A DNA stretch of 64,000 bases from Macrostomum lignano (taxonomy: Eukaryota). The position numbers and the translations under genes are program-made. This document shows, one piece after another, positions 44,001 through 57,050 of the stretch. Under the pieces are notes generated by a model, which was given only the letters and a program-made list of their open reading frames with translations, was not told where the DNA came from and searched no databases. The stretch's first letter is position 1, and each line of letters starts with the position of its first letter. The stretch covers positions 248,001 through 312,000 of the forward strand of contig NIVC01000875.1 of the NCBI GenBank assembly GCA_002269645.1. Direction: 5' to 3'.

Positions 44001-45998
44001 GCCACACCACAATGCTTCTTGCTGGTGTCTCACAGCTCGCAGGCAGCTGAACATTAACATTTAACTTGCAATCTGCAGTCAAACTGCACTGCAAACTCCA
44101 TTTAAACTACAAAACTCATTCAATATTCAATCATAAATTACAGCATATTGTTTATCAATGATAAATCAAAGTGAGAGTGACATTCTCAGTCGCCATGGAA
44201 ACTCACCCACGCAGCAGCTCAGCCAGTTCGCTCCTTCCCTTTTGTGTAGCCAAATCCAGCGCAGTCCTGCCGTTTCTGTCCTTCAGGCTCCAATCCGCCC
44301 CTGAGTTCAGCAGAACCTGACCGACTGCGGCGGCGGTGGCGGGGTGCGCAAAGGCCGCCCCCATGAGGGCCGTGAATTTCCAGTGACCCCTGGCATTGGT
44401 GGAGGCTCCGGCAGCCAGCAGAGCGGAGGCTGCGGAAGAATTGCCAGCCAAGGCTGCATGGTGCAGGCAACTGTCAGCACATTTATCCGCACAGGTGGGG
44501 TCACCCAGCTGCACCAGCTGCTCCCACAGAGCCTCATCACCGCACGAGCTGCTTTGAGCTGCCCACATCAACGCGGTGCGACCCTCATCGTCAGGCAGGT
44601 CGCAGCTGCCGCAGGTCGCCGCTCGCCGCAGCCCCGCCGAGTCGCCCGCCTTGGCCAGCCGCTGCAGCTCCTGTCGATCCGCCTCCTCCTGCAAAGGCGA
44701 GCGGGAAATTTGAGCACAGCTGCTCAGCTGCAGCCGCATCGGCACCGCAGATGCCGCTCACCTGGGCTGTCAGGCCGGAGATATAGCCGTGTGCATCCAC
44801 AACCAGCCGCATCTCCCTGCAACAGCAACAATGAGCAGCGATGTCGCAGTTGTCTCAAACACGACAATTACGATTGCTAAAATAAAGTTTAAGAAGTTGC
44901 AGGACAAAATTTTTTCTCTTATCGATCACATGGATGCCTACCTGCCTACCCACCTACCGACAAACCATTTTTAGTATATGAATTCTTAATTATCTGAGCT
45001 GCCCACAGACAGTTTCGAAGAGGACTGCAGCAGCTCTGCAACAATCAGCATTGGCGAGAGCGCATCCGACTTCTCACACGCAGCTCATTTTCAATTTCTG
45101 CAGCATGAGTTTCCTTCCATCTCACAATGTCTCACAAAGCACTCACGCACAGCCTCCCAGTTCTCCATCTGCAGCTCAACCCACACACTCTCACTGCAAT
45201 ACGAGGCCCTACAGCTTCTGCGCAACAGCAACTGAGATCAACCGCCACCCCATTAGCTGGGAGGCATGGACACAGAAGCGAACTGCTCACTCACCGCTCG
45301 ATGTAGCTGGCCAGCTCTGAGTGGCCGCTGAGCTTCGCCAGGTCCGACGCCGTCCGACCCTCGGAATTCTTCAGTTCGAGCAGCCTCTTCGAGTTTCCAT
45401 GCTCCAGACACTTAATGAAACTTTTCTGCCTGAGCAGGTGCAGCAGGTGCTTGGCGCATTTCCAGCTTCCAGTCTGCGCCGCCTCCATCAGCGGAGTGGC
45501 GCCGTTGTCGTTCCGCAGCCACTTCGCATCGAACGAAAGCAGCGTCAGCAGCCGCAGGTGGTCCCGCCGGGCTGCCAGGTGCGCAGCCGTGTCGCCGTTC
45601 GCGTCAGTCGCCTTGGGGTTCGCGCCCAGCTCAAATAAGTACAAGATGCACTTTTCAGTGTGCACGGGAGTTTCAGAAGCGTCGGCCACCAGCATGAGGA
45701 CGGTCCGACGAGCTTCATCAGCGCTGGTGACCAGCTGGCGCGTTGCCAGCCGCCGCACCTGGCCGAAGTCACCTCGGCTGACAAGCTGGTCGAGAGTCTG
45801 GAGATTCGAACATGTGAGTGAGTTGCTGCAACTACAACTGAGGCACACGCGCTGCACACGAGGAAGTAAGTACAAAGAAAAAATATTTTATTTAATTTAC
45901 TGCTTTAACACACAGAAACAAATATAATACTTTAATCAAAATTAAACAGTAATTTAATAAGGTACCTTATCCTGTTCCTTAGAGGCTTCACTGCCCAT
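41050..45998 (-). CDS. Ankyrin-ankyrin-tandem Ser/Thr kinase gene (ankyrin family copy 3); 1-nt frameshift in kinase 2
   Basis: Exons 45998-45966 (MGSEASKEQDK), 45851-45295, 44816-44762, 44688-44207, 43872-43831, 43330-42967, 42889-42402, 41986-41632 and 41555-41050. Kinase motifs IGRGGFGEV, AAK, HRDINCSN, DFG, APE and SDIWAFG resemble MAP3K/STE11. A missing base near 41525 shifts kinase 2. Confidence 0.8.
43371..43819. repeat. Satellite (TGTAGCTGTGTG[TG]C)n, intronic
   Basis: Same family as 34552-36733 and in the equivalent intron. Confidence 0.95.
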
Positions 45999-46329
45999 TA
46001 TGCGCACCCCGACCAGCTTCTTCTCAAGTCAGCCTGAAAAGAAAACTGCATGAGCAGCCGCTTCAGCACAGGATATTTTATATCGTTCTGAGAAGACAGT
46101 GCCTGAGATATGCACTGCTCGTGCCTGATTGGCTCAATGCGAGCCGGGTGCTTCGATCTCGAATTCTCTTACGTACGGAATGCATACTACTTATGGTAGT
46201 AGCGGTTGGAGTGCAGACTTGCAGATTCGAGTGGGCAGTGAAAAATGGCACAGCTGAGAGAGGAGAGGAGTGGTTTGATTAGAAATAAAATCGACAGTGG
46301 TAGATGGAATATGCGGAGAAAATATGCAG

Positions 46330-47790
46330 ATATAATGTCCAGATAGAATATCCAGATAGAGCATCCAGATAGAATATCCAGATAGAGCATCCAGATAGAA
46401 CATCCAGATAGAACATCCAGATAGAACATCCAGATAGAAAATCTAGATAGAACATCCAGATACAATATCCAGATAGAACATCCAGATACAATATCCAGAT
46501 AGAACACCCAGATAGATCATCCAGATACAATATCCAGATAGAGCATCCAGATTGTTGTGTCCCGAGACGGACCAGCCGGCTTTGTCTCGCGCTCTATACG
46601 AGCAGGGAGACTCAGCACTCAGTCCTGCTGCTTGCGAACCCGCTGTCGCACTAACGCGCAGGCAGTAGGCTGGCAACCAGGGTCGCAGCAAACGCATAGG
46701 CCCTGGTGACAAGATCCTAAGCACTGAACCCCAAAAGAAATAAGACAGGTGACACTTACAGTTGCGCAGTTTCGGCACTCGTGCGCTCTGGACGTTCCGG
46801 TAGTAAGTTCGTGTTATATTAGGCGCTATATTGGGCTTGGAATAGCAGGAGTTGAGAGGGTAGCGAGCAGAAGCGAATCGGAAAGGGGAGAGACAATTCT
46901 CACGGGAGACAGGAGGGCGGCGCGCACGCCAATAAATAAAAGACAGCTCCAAATGGGGTGGGTGAAAGCTGCTGGGTAAGAGAAACGGCGGGGTGGGGCA
47001 GAGAGAGCGAGTGGGGATTGGCTGCAGCCACGCAGAACGCAAATGGGGGTAGGAAACAAGAGTTGCAGATTACAGAGGCAGCCAATGAGAGGGCGCGAGG
47101 AGAGAGGTCTAACCATAATCAGGGGTCCGAAATCACAGACAATGACTGGGTAAATAAATAAACTTCACTAATAAATTAATCAATAAAATAGGTTTAGTGC
47201 AGTGGCACCAAATACAGTAAAGTACATATAAAAGTAGTTGACAATAAGTTGCGAGCATGGAAGGGGTAGGGAGGGTTGGCAGAGGGAGAGAGAGAGCTAC
47301 AGTACGGGCCAGTACATTGAATCACAACAAGATAGAACATCCAGATACAATATCCAGATAGAACATCCAGATAGAACATCCAGATAGAGCATCCAGATAA
47401 AATATCCAGATAGAACATCCAGATAGAGCATCCAGATACAATATATCCAGATAGAACATCCAGATAGAGCATCCAGATAGAACATCCAGATAGAGCATCC
47501 AGATACAATATCCAGATAGAACATCCAGATAGAACATCCAGATCCAATATCCAGATAGAACATCCAGATAGAGCATCCAGATACAATATATCCAGATAGA
47601 ACATCCAGATAGAGCATCCAGATAGAACATCCAGATAGAGCATCCAGATAAAATATCCAGATAGAACGTCCAGATAGAGCATCCAGATACAATATCCAGA
47701 TAGAACATCCAGATAGAACATCCAGATCCAATATCCAGATAGAACATCCAGATAGAGCATCCAGATACAATATCCAGATAGTGCAGATAG
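46330..47790. repeat. ~13-bp satellite (atccagatagaac/gc) split by a solo LTR
   Basis: Arrays at 46330-46552 and 47330-47790. Confidence 0.9.
46553..47329. mobile_element. Solo LTR (777 bp)
   Basis: TGTTGTG...CACAACA termini and a 4-bp TSD AGAT (46549-46552 and 47330-47333). No internal coding sequence. Confidence 0.75.
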
Positions 47791-48632
47791 ATTATTCAGA
47801 TAGAATACACGGGTGCAGTGCCAGTGGAGGCTCGAAGCCCAGCCCACTGTTACTATTAGTACATGTACTATATAGCTTGTGGTCTCCGGGCATTAGAATG
47901 CTCCAGGTAGAGAAATTGCCTACTTTGGCGTTGGGACACGCAATTTCGGCCTGGTGCAGTGTGGTGCTGGGGCACTCACAAAACACAATTCTATGTAAGT
48001 ACAGGTGGCAATGTTATAATAGTTGTGTCTAATGATGATGGCTGATATATATGCTACAGAACAGGCGTGAGACGCGCGCTGGCTTTTACCGATACGGGTA
48101 TGGTAGTAGTCCTGGCAATTCCAAAAGGATACCACAGAAAAGGCGGCGCTTACCGGTTGGCCGCAAAATTTCGTCCTTTTATTTCTGTTGAATCTTTTCG
48201 GGTCTCTTATCTCTTATATCTCTTATCTCGGAAAAATTTCTTATGGTCTCTTTGGAGAAAGTCTCACTAGTTCTCTTAATTTCACTGGTTTCAATGGTTC
48301 GCTTGATTTCCAGTCAAAATCGGGCGACGACAAAAGGGTGAGAAAAGAAAGATAGATGATGGCACAGCTAATCAGCTTCATCTAGATACGGAGCTGTAGG
48401 AATATGATTGTTACAGTGTGGCTATAGTTGATTGTTTGATGCAAAATCAGTGCAGCGATGGTCCAGTCTTGGCACATTACTTGTACTAAACTACGAAAAC
48501 GGCAATGCCCACAAGCAGCACTGTGAATTAAAACTTTTTACAATTTTTCTGCATTAAAAAACAGACACATAAAATGAGTATAAATCTGCAGAACTGCACA
48601 AGTTCCACTCCGGCAACCGCACCTAGGCGACA

Positions 48633-48833
48633 ATGGACAGCGCCACAGCGCCAGCTTACAAAACGGTCGCGAATGCCAGAAGTCTGATCCAGTGCACCGG
48701 CCTGTGCGACCAGTCTGATTGTCAGGCTGTCATCTACTCCAAGGACCTGGGCCTCTGCCATCTGCTGGATTTCCCCACTCCGCCTGCCACTCTGGCCTCC
48801 GATGTTGCTGGCAAGTTTTTCATCCGCAGCTAA
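48633..48833 (+). CDS. PAN/apple-like cysteine motif fragment
   Basis: CTGLCDQSDCQAVIYSKDLGLCHL fits the C-x3-C...C-x3-Y...C-x-L pattern. An in-frame stop lies just upstream and no other exons were identified. Confidence 0.35.
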   Translation: MDSATAPAYKTVANARSLIQCTGLCDQSDCQAVIYSKDLGLCHLLDFPTPPATLASDVAGKFFIRS

Positions 48834-48919
48834 GCTAAAATTTCAGCATTCGTCTTTTAACTAGATGTTTGTTGTTGATTTTCATAGAGTCAAGCTGTGC
48901 TACTCGCGCCTTGGGCCAA

Positions 48920-49265
48920 CACCCATGAACACCCATGAACACCCATGAACACCCATGAACACCCATGAACACCCATGAACACCAATGAACACCAATGAAC
49001 ACCCATGAACACCAATGAACACCCATGAACACCCATGAACACCCATGAACACCCATGAACACCCATGAACACCCATGAACACCCATGAACACCCATGAAC
49101 ACCCATGAACACCCATGAACACCAATGAACACCAATGAACACCCATGAACACCCATGAACACCCATGAACACCCATGAACACCCATGAACACCCATAAAC
49201 ACCCATGAACACCCATGAACACCCATAAACACCCATGAACACCCATGAACACCAATGAACACCCA
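48920..49265. repeat. 10-bp satellite (ACACCCATGA)n
   Basis: Direct tandem copies. Confidence 0.95.
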
Positions 49266-51487
49266 TCAGGGCCAACCCCCAAGGCACAGAGACTGTACAT
49301 GCCTTAACTTATATTCATACAATGTAACACGAGCAATGAAAATCAATCGCTTTAAATTTTTTTAGCATAAACGGCTGAAGGTTGTTAGGTTTTTTCAATT
49401 CCTCTTTTTTACGGTAAAAAATTAAGAGTAGGCGTTTTATTTTACCTAATTCCTTCTGCTATTCCTACTTACTGATACCTAATCAATATTGTACATGAAT
49501 TTATGTACATGTTGTGAGATCCTCCAGAGCGACGCCTACAGCTGAACCCTGTTACCCTGTTGGGAAGCTGCGACCCCCAGATCTGGGTCAGAGCTCCCGT
49601 CCCGTGTCCCAGGGAGAAGCAGAAAAACGACAGAGCAGAACTCAGAGCTTCCACGCAAAAGCCGATACAGTTCGCACTTGCTATGGTAGACACGTAGGTT
49701 TTTTTGAAATAGCCAACGATAGGACCAAGAGAACGCAGGTGCGCGGCTGCCTACTAGACAGCAAATTCATTATATTTATTATCTGACCTACGAGTACATG
49801 AATATACTTTTAGAACAAATGTACGTTACGGTAGGGGAGGTGGTGCGAGGTGGCGTGACTGGCGTACGCATTGATTATTGATTGGAGGGGTGGGGCAGAC
49901 TGGAAGGGTTGGGGCGGGGCAGGAGGGCGAAAAAAGAACACGATTGCACAACATACATGTGGCATCGAGTTCAAGATCTGTCAGATCAGATTCGATGTAC
50001 GCAACCAGTAGAATGAGAGAATCAATTTGAGAGTTTCATTACCGTAATCGCGCTCGTAAATCACAATGCATCAGCAAAATATATTCGAAAGTTTTCAGTT
50101 TTTCAGCTCTCCTACTGCGTGAAGGTAAAACTATAATATACTATTGAAATTCAAGTCAATGGAATCTACCAATATTCCCTCTCAGCATCCTTCCCCCAGC
50201 CCCATCATTCCCCCAGCATCATTCCCCTCGGCATCCCTTCCCCTTCAGCAGTATTCCTATCTGTCCATTGCAGTACTTGACATCATTCTTCCTCAGTGCC
50301 GCTCAGAATCATCTAACGCAAAAATAGTCCCGCTACTTTTTTCACATGTGAGCTCGCAAAACTATTGCGATGAGTCGAGTATGCTAATAGAGATTAGTGT
50401 CAATTCTGACTCACAAACTGCCGGATAACTTGCAGCTCATTACAGAATGCAAAATTGTTATTAAACTCTGCGAAGCGATGCACAAACAGCTTGTAGAAGT
50501 ACAAAAAAATTAAACTTAGCCCCTATCGCAAGTTAATTGCACAATGGGGGTATTAAGGCTGTCTGGGCATGGGCTTCTTGGAAACGCGCGGGAGGAGAAA
50601 CAGTTACAGCTACCTTCCTCTTGGGTTAAGCCTCTCCCCATGCATCTCTGTATATGTATATGTCCCTCACTAATTTGCTCAGCCCTCGCGAGATAATACC
50701 AGCAACATAACAAAATAGCTGCGGTTCGAGAGTTTTTTACTCTATTTTAAGAAATTCTTTAGAGAAGCATGAGTCTTGGAAAATACAAAGCTGATGTTCA
50801 AAGTTATTCAATTATGTCTTTGATCCCCCAACTGTTTTTTTATCAACAAGAACCAGCATTAGGTTCTTTTAGAGTAGTCTACTTCAAGTACTCACATTTC
50901 CCTAGCGAATCACTATCACATCATTTTTAAAACAATTCGACACTGCAAAAAGTATGTCTAGTGGATCTTGTCCCTGGCTCAATTCGATCAGCAAAGCTTA
51001 TAACAATTGAACTAGTCTATCTGTATGCGTATTCTGTATCAAGGAAGTCTTTAGTTTTTTGAGTTAACACTTATAAAATTTTGTTGTAACTCTTAAAATA
51101 ACAACAATTAAAAAATAGAATTTGTTAATATATTTATTGCAGATTTAAAATGCTACTATGCCCTTGATTTTCACAGAAAGAGCTCCAGCTCCAACTCCAC
51201 TGCTTCTGAACTCACTATCGAGCACCAGTCCTTTCAGTCATATTTCTGTGCTTCTTATTGATTAGTGACGTAGCTAATTATAGTTACATATACGATAAAT
51301 AATTATAATTAGTGTAAAATTGCGCTTATCTTGTCTTCTTAATTAGAAAGAACTTATTTACCATTTGGCTAGGTCTTATATAGTTATACTTCAAAATTCG
51401 AGGCATCCATATCTTAACGCTAAACCAAAACCAACTTTAAGAATAGTGAAAAAATTCTAGATACTTCTTGCAATCAATACCACAACA

Positions 51488-54400
51488 ATGGCTCAATCGG
51501 TTCCAATTAATCAACTGTCTATTCCCCAATTACGAGAGGTTCTAGAAAAGATTGATGAGGTAAGTTATTATGTAGCATAGGCCTAGTAGTTAATGGCACC
51601 TAGTTTGTCTAAGGCTGCTGGCCTGCTGTAATAGGCATATGTAGTATTATGCAATAAAATCTGTTTTAAGAGTCAATTGGTTATTGCAAATAGCACTTGT
51701 TATATGATTACTAAAAAATAATAATATAGCATCATACTCATAAATAATATTAAATTAATCAAAATAACTTCTTTTGTAAAAAAACAAGTATGTAACTTTC
51801 TGCTTATTTTTTTCTATAAAAGAGGTCATTTGTAAAATCATTGCTTTTCTATAGTTTTTGTTTGCAATAGGCTAATATTACTAATAATAAATATATTAAC
51901 TTTAATTTTAACTTTAGTAATACTTTGAGAACAAAGAAGTTAAAGTTACCTAGGCTAGGGGGTCCAGTAAGCCCAATTAAAAGAACAAAAACGTGAAAAA
52001 ATGAATAAAAACAAGTTTTATTTTTTGCTTAAAAAACAATGAAATTATGGATACAATGAAATGAATCGATAAAAAATTAAAGTAGAAAAAATTCTTCATT
52101 TAAAAAGTGTAAGCATAAACTACCCATAGTCTGGAAGGTGGCCTTTATACCGGAATTTTCTGGCATATTTTTGGTCTCGCTGACAATCTTGCATACACTT
52201 GGCATATATAATTTTCAACTTCAACATGAAGTGTACATAGTTGGCATATAATAAATAGCCAAGTTCAAGGCTAATGTAATCGTGTAGTTAAATATCAACC
52301 AATGTGAAAGAGCCTGCTATCTTTAAAAAAATCGGAAACTAAACTAGAAAATAATAACATAAAATTACAAAAAAGTTCAAATTAAAACAAAGAAAATCAG
52401 TTTTTAGCAAAAAACTACTGTTTTACAGTTGAGTAAAAGTTTGAATTCCTAAAAAATATATGTTCTTTGTAAAAATGATGTATAAAAAATTTTAGTCTTG
52501 GTGTAAAATATTTTTTATTTTATGTTGGTATAAAATTGAAAAAAACATTAATTTTCATTCTGGCATATGCCTGCCATGTGTAAGCACTGGAATTGTGCTT
52601 ACATCGAAGCGAAAAAACAACGGCCTCCTCTCGTCTCGACCGGTTCTATCCAGCCAGACCAGCTCTACACTAAAGGGCAGATAACAAAGCTGAGGTTCGA
52701 AGGCCAAGCCAGCAGCCTGCGAACGCGTGACACAGTAGACTCGCAGCAATGCTTGGGGGGGGGGTGATATGGTTGCCTAACAACGGGACAGAGAAAAATG
52801 CTCGAGCGATAACCCTGCCCCGCTCAAACTATGCATTGCTCTTCATTTTGTCAACTAAACCAGTTTGCTTGCTTGACTATAAAATACACTGTCTTGAATA
52901 ATTTGTGGCACAGAGAGAGATTCGGAGATGTGAGCCTCACACTCATAATAAGGCCCTTGGAGGCCAGTGTGTTAGAAATTCTTTCTGACTTGTGAGCAGA
53001 AGGTAACAGGAATAAAAACTGTTATACCATGATCTGGTCTTTGGTATACTACAAAATGGTAAAGTATAGTACTAAAACTTATATGCTTTTAAAATTATCA
53101 CTTTTTTGAAAAAATATGTATCTAACTAAAATGTTTAAAAATGCATAAACAAAAAACATTTAGTAAAACAATGTTATTGTATTCTGATAGAATAGTAAAA
53201 ATGCATTTTTATGTTTGTGTTTTAAAAAAAAGTTTTTTTCATAATAAAAATTGTACCTTAAATTGATGCCTTGCATTGCTGGCATCAATTTTTCAATGCA
53301 TAATTTATTGTAGATTGTTTTATAGGCATTCATTTTTACTTTCCCCTCCCTAGTTTTTCTGCATTCTTGTTTGAGCATGCCCTCCCCCTAGCATCATATG
53401 TATTGATATTGCTACCAGATTGGGAGCACAAAGTGTGCACCTAAAATGAAGAAAATGAATATAAAAGTGAACCAGACACAATTCAAAAGCACAATAAACG
53501 CTTTATGGCAAAGTAATAAATTGTTAAAAGATATAATATGCTAACATAAAATTCAATATTGTTGCATAGACATAAAAAGATAAAAATAAAAACTTTTTAT
53601 CTATTAAAAGTTTATTTATATTAAAAGAAAAATATCTTTTTCCTTTTCTTTCATATAATCTATTCTTTATTTCTTTATTTACTTTTGTTATTTGTTTTTC
53701 TCTTAAAAATGTTCATTATAATTTTCCAACAATTTTTTTCAATTATATATATTAACAGATCAAAGTCCTTATGGGAAAAAATGCTTCAAAAGTCAAAGAA
53801 ATTGTTGCAATAAAATGGTCATAACTTTTTTATTCCTGGACCAATTTTTATGAACTTAATGCTTTTGAAAACCTCTCAAAAAGATCCATACAATAGAATG
53901 CAAATATTTCTGGGGTTTTTTTCAAATTAAAAAATCTCATTGGACCCCCATGTGAACATAAAAAATTGGAATTTTGCCCTTTTCTACAAAAAAATAGATT
54001 GCATAAAATTGTTGGCATTGCTGGCATTGTTGTTTATTGTTGGCATTGCTTTTCCATCTTTTTAGCTGATATAAAAAGGTTGTCTAAAGCAATTTACAAT
54101 ACAACTAAAATTACAAGCTGAAAGGTAACAAATAACAAGTAAAAACTTATGTGTAAAATACTACTGAAGTATATATAACATAAGAACTAACCTAAATATT
54201 TATTTGAAACTTAAAAGCTGATTAATTATAGTAAAATAAAAATAGGAAGGTTGTTTCAATAGCACTAGAAGGCATACATAGCAGAAAGTTACAAAATATT
54301 GGGAAAGAATTGAATCAAGGTGATGATGCTTGAATATGAAATCAATATAATTAATAATTTTTATTTTTTATAAAGTTTATTAAACAAGAATTTGCTCACA

Positions 54401-55402
54401 TTTGCTCATATTGCATATAATGTAGTAGGCCCCTAATCATTATCAACAAAGATATTATTTAGGTAGCTCATATCTAGGGAACTTACAATATATGTAATAT
54501 TGTAACTTCTTATTAGACTTAATTATATGTTTGTTCCTTCTTTATATCTTTGGTCTCATTGATATTGTCATTAACATTAATGATAAATTTGTTGTTTATT
54601 CAAAAAATAATTAGCATAAATTTATTAATCAATTAGTACAAAAAATCTTAATGGTAGTCCATTAACAACAATGCAAAATTTTAATGCTTATAATAGACTG
54701 GTGTTCAACATTGCACTAAATAGAAATTTGTTAAAATGTTCTTTTTGTAATAATATTGTTACATTTTTCTCATTTTCTCATTGATAGACTGACACTCAAG
54801 GCTAAGCCTAAGTGAATTAGGGACCTCAATAAGGATTTTATGACTTGTCAATATGCATATAAGCAGCAATTCTTAATTAAAAAAGTAACCTTTTAGAAAT
54901 GAATAATTTTGCATTTTAGGCCTGAGACAAACTTTTTTAGCCAATGTTTCTCAATAAACTAACCATTGTAACCACGTTTAATCAAACACAGGAGATGGAA
55001 TTTCTCACTAGTAGTCTGCAAAATCTCAAGACAGTACAGCAGAAATTCATGGACTCTAAAGAGGCTGTGGAACGATTAACTCCCGATCGGGCCAACTCTG
55101 AGACTCTGGTGCCAATGACCAGCACCCTGTATGTGCTGGGCCGGCTGTGTCCGCCTGACAAGGTCACGGTGGACATTGGCACAGGCTACTACGCCGATAT
55201 GACACCAACTCAAGCGGCTGATTTCTTTCAGCGCAAAGCCGAATTTCTGGCTAAAGAGATTGAGAAAGTTCAGCCGGGTTTGCAGGAGAAGTATGCCACG
55301 AAACAGGTGGTGACGGAGGTGCTTCAGGCCAAGGTTAAAGTGGCCGTGTCCAGCCAACAGGCCAGCACTGCTCAGGCTCAGGCGGGTGGCAACCAGCCCT
55401 GA
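51488..55402 (+). CDS. PFDN5: Prefoldin subunit 5 (alpha type), two exons
   Basis: Exon 51488-51559 (MAQSVPINQLSIPQLREVLEKIDE|gtaag) plus exon 54992-55402 (EMEFLTSSLQNLK...LVPMTSTLYVLG...VTVDIGTGYY...FFQRK). Phase-0 intron of about 3.4 kb. Confidence 0.9.
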
Positions 55403-55829
55403 GCCGCTTGTGAATTGATTGATTGATTGATTGTTAAAAATAAAACCAACATCTAGACCCAGCGTTTGCTTGTGTGCTTGTAGGTTCGATTTTTTTATTT
55501 TGTGTATTTGTGTGACACATTTCTTATTATATTAATTAGTTTTTGTCTACAATTTTTTCCATTTATATCTTCAAGAAAACAAAGTAACTGAGTAACTGGG
55601 CGTGCGACAGCTGTATGGCCTGTAGAGACACTGAATGCTAATAAAATACAATTCTCCTGTTAATTAAATGTTTGTTTAATCAATGATTTCACTGATGTTA
55701 ACATTTTTTTTTATTTCTTTACGTTTTTCAATTGATTCTTAAGGCTGATAAGTAAGGTTTACAGAATTTTTTAAACCAAACACTTCACTGAACTTATCCC
55801 TGGGGTATTTTATAAGACTTTAATTTATG

Positions 55830-56040
55830 AAGATTGTAGTTGGTGAAGATTCTAAATTATTAAGATTGTAGTTAGTGAAGATTCTAATTTATTAAGATTG
55901 TAGTTGGTGAAGATTCTGATTTATTAAGATTGTAGTTGGTGAAGATTCTAATTTATTAAGATTGTAGTTGGTGAAAATTATGATTTATGAAGATTGTAGA
56001 TGGTGAAGATTCTGATTTATAAAAATTGTAGTTGGTAAGG
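55830..56040. repeat. 32-bp minisatellite (ttaagattgtagttggtgaagattctaattta)
   Basis: About 6 direct copies. Confidence 0.85.
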
Positions 56041-56240
56041 TTCGTAAACTCTAGTACCTCACATGTGGACATAGTTGGCCATTTTCACATTTTCACGCCT
56101 GTTTTCAAATATTTTGTTCGAGATCAAATTTATATTCTTTTCTTGCTATTCATTAGTAGGTAATCTGCTATCAAGGGAAGGTTCTTAGCTTTAGGTGGGG
56201 TTTCCACGGCTCAGTTACAAATGCTGATGATTTCTTAAGC

Positions 56241-56889
56241 CAGGGGTAGGTGAACTCCATCCCTCGGGCCACATGCGGCCTGCCAAGCCTCTATACGGCC
56301 CTCGGGTCCTTTCAAACTTCACAATAGTGATATAGCCCGCTCAAGGCTTGTCTCTTCTCAGCGCTCTCAGCCTTCTCTCCCCCTTTCTTCCTTATCTCAT
56401 CTCTCCTCCCCTCCTCTCCTCTCCTCTCCCTTCTCTCCTCTCCCCCCCTCTCTCCTCTTCTCTACTCTCACTTCTCTTCTCTCCTCTCCCTTCTCTCCTT
56501 TCCCCTCTCTCCTCTTCTCTACCCTCACTTCTCTCCTCTCCTCTCCTCTCCCTTCTCCTCTCTCTCCTCTCCTTTCTCTCCTCTCTCCTCTCCTCTCCTC
56601 TTCTCCCCGCTCTCCTCTCTTCCCTCTCTCCTCTTCCTTCTCCCCTCTCTCCTCTCCCTTCTCCTCTCTCTCCTCTCCTTTCTCTCCTCTCTCCTCTCCT
56701 CTCCTCTCCTCTTCTCCCCGCTCTCCTCTCTTCCCTCTCTCCTCTTCCTTCTCTCCTCTCACTTTTTCCGCTCCCTACTCTCTATTCTTTCCTCTCTTCC
56801 CTATCTCCTCTTCTATTTCCCTTCCTCTGGCCCGCAGTCATGCGCTAGATTCTTCATCTGGCTCTTTAGGTAAAAACTTGCCAACTCTG
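56241..56889. mobile_element. hAT-like MITE with CT-rich interior
   Basis: Left end CAGGGGTAGG...CGGGCCACATGCGGCC and right end TGGCTCTT...TTGCCAACTCTG. Degenerate 8-bp TSD tcttaagc/tcttgggc (6 of 8 match). Confidence 0.65.
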
Positions 56890-57050
56890 TCTTGGGCTAA
56901 GCGGCTTAATAGCAAAAGCAACGAATGCTACTACAAGGTTTTGACGTGTAGAATTTATTAGAAAAGGTTAGTTCCTTCATTTGCTTGCAAGACTGATGTA
57001 CTTTTATATTGCAATCCCCCCTTACAACTCAAGCGCATTCGCAGTCTGTC

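Noticed and set aside
52555-52860. Intronic ncRNA in PFDN5
   Set aside because: GC-rich island but no clear C/D, H/ACA or tRNA structure recognised; probably a TE remnant.
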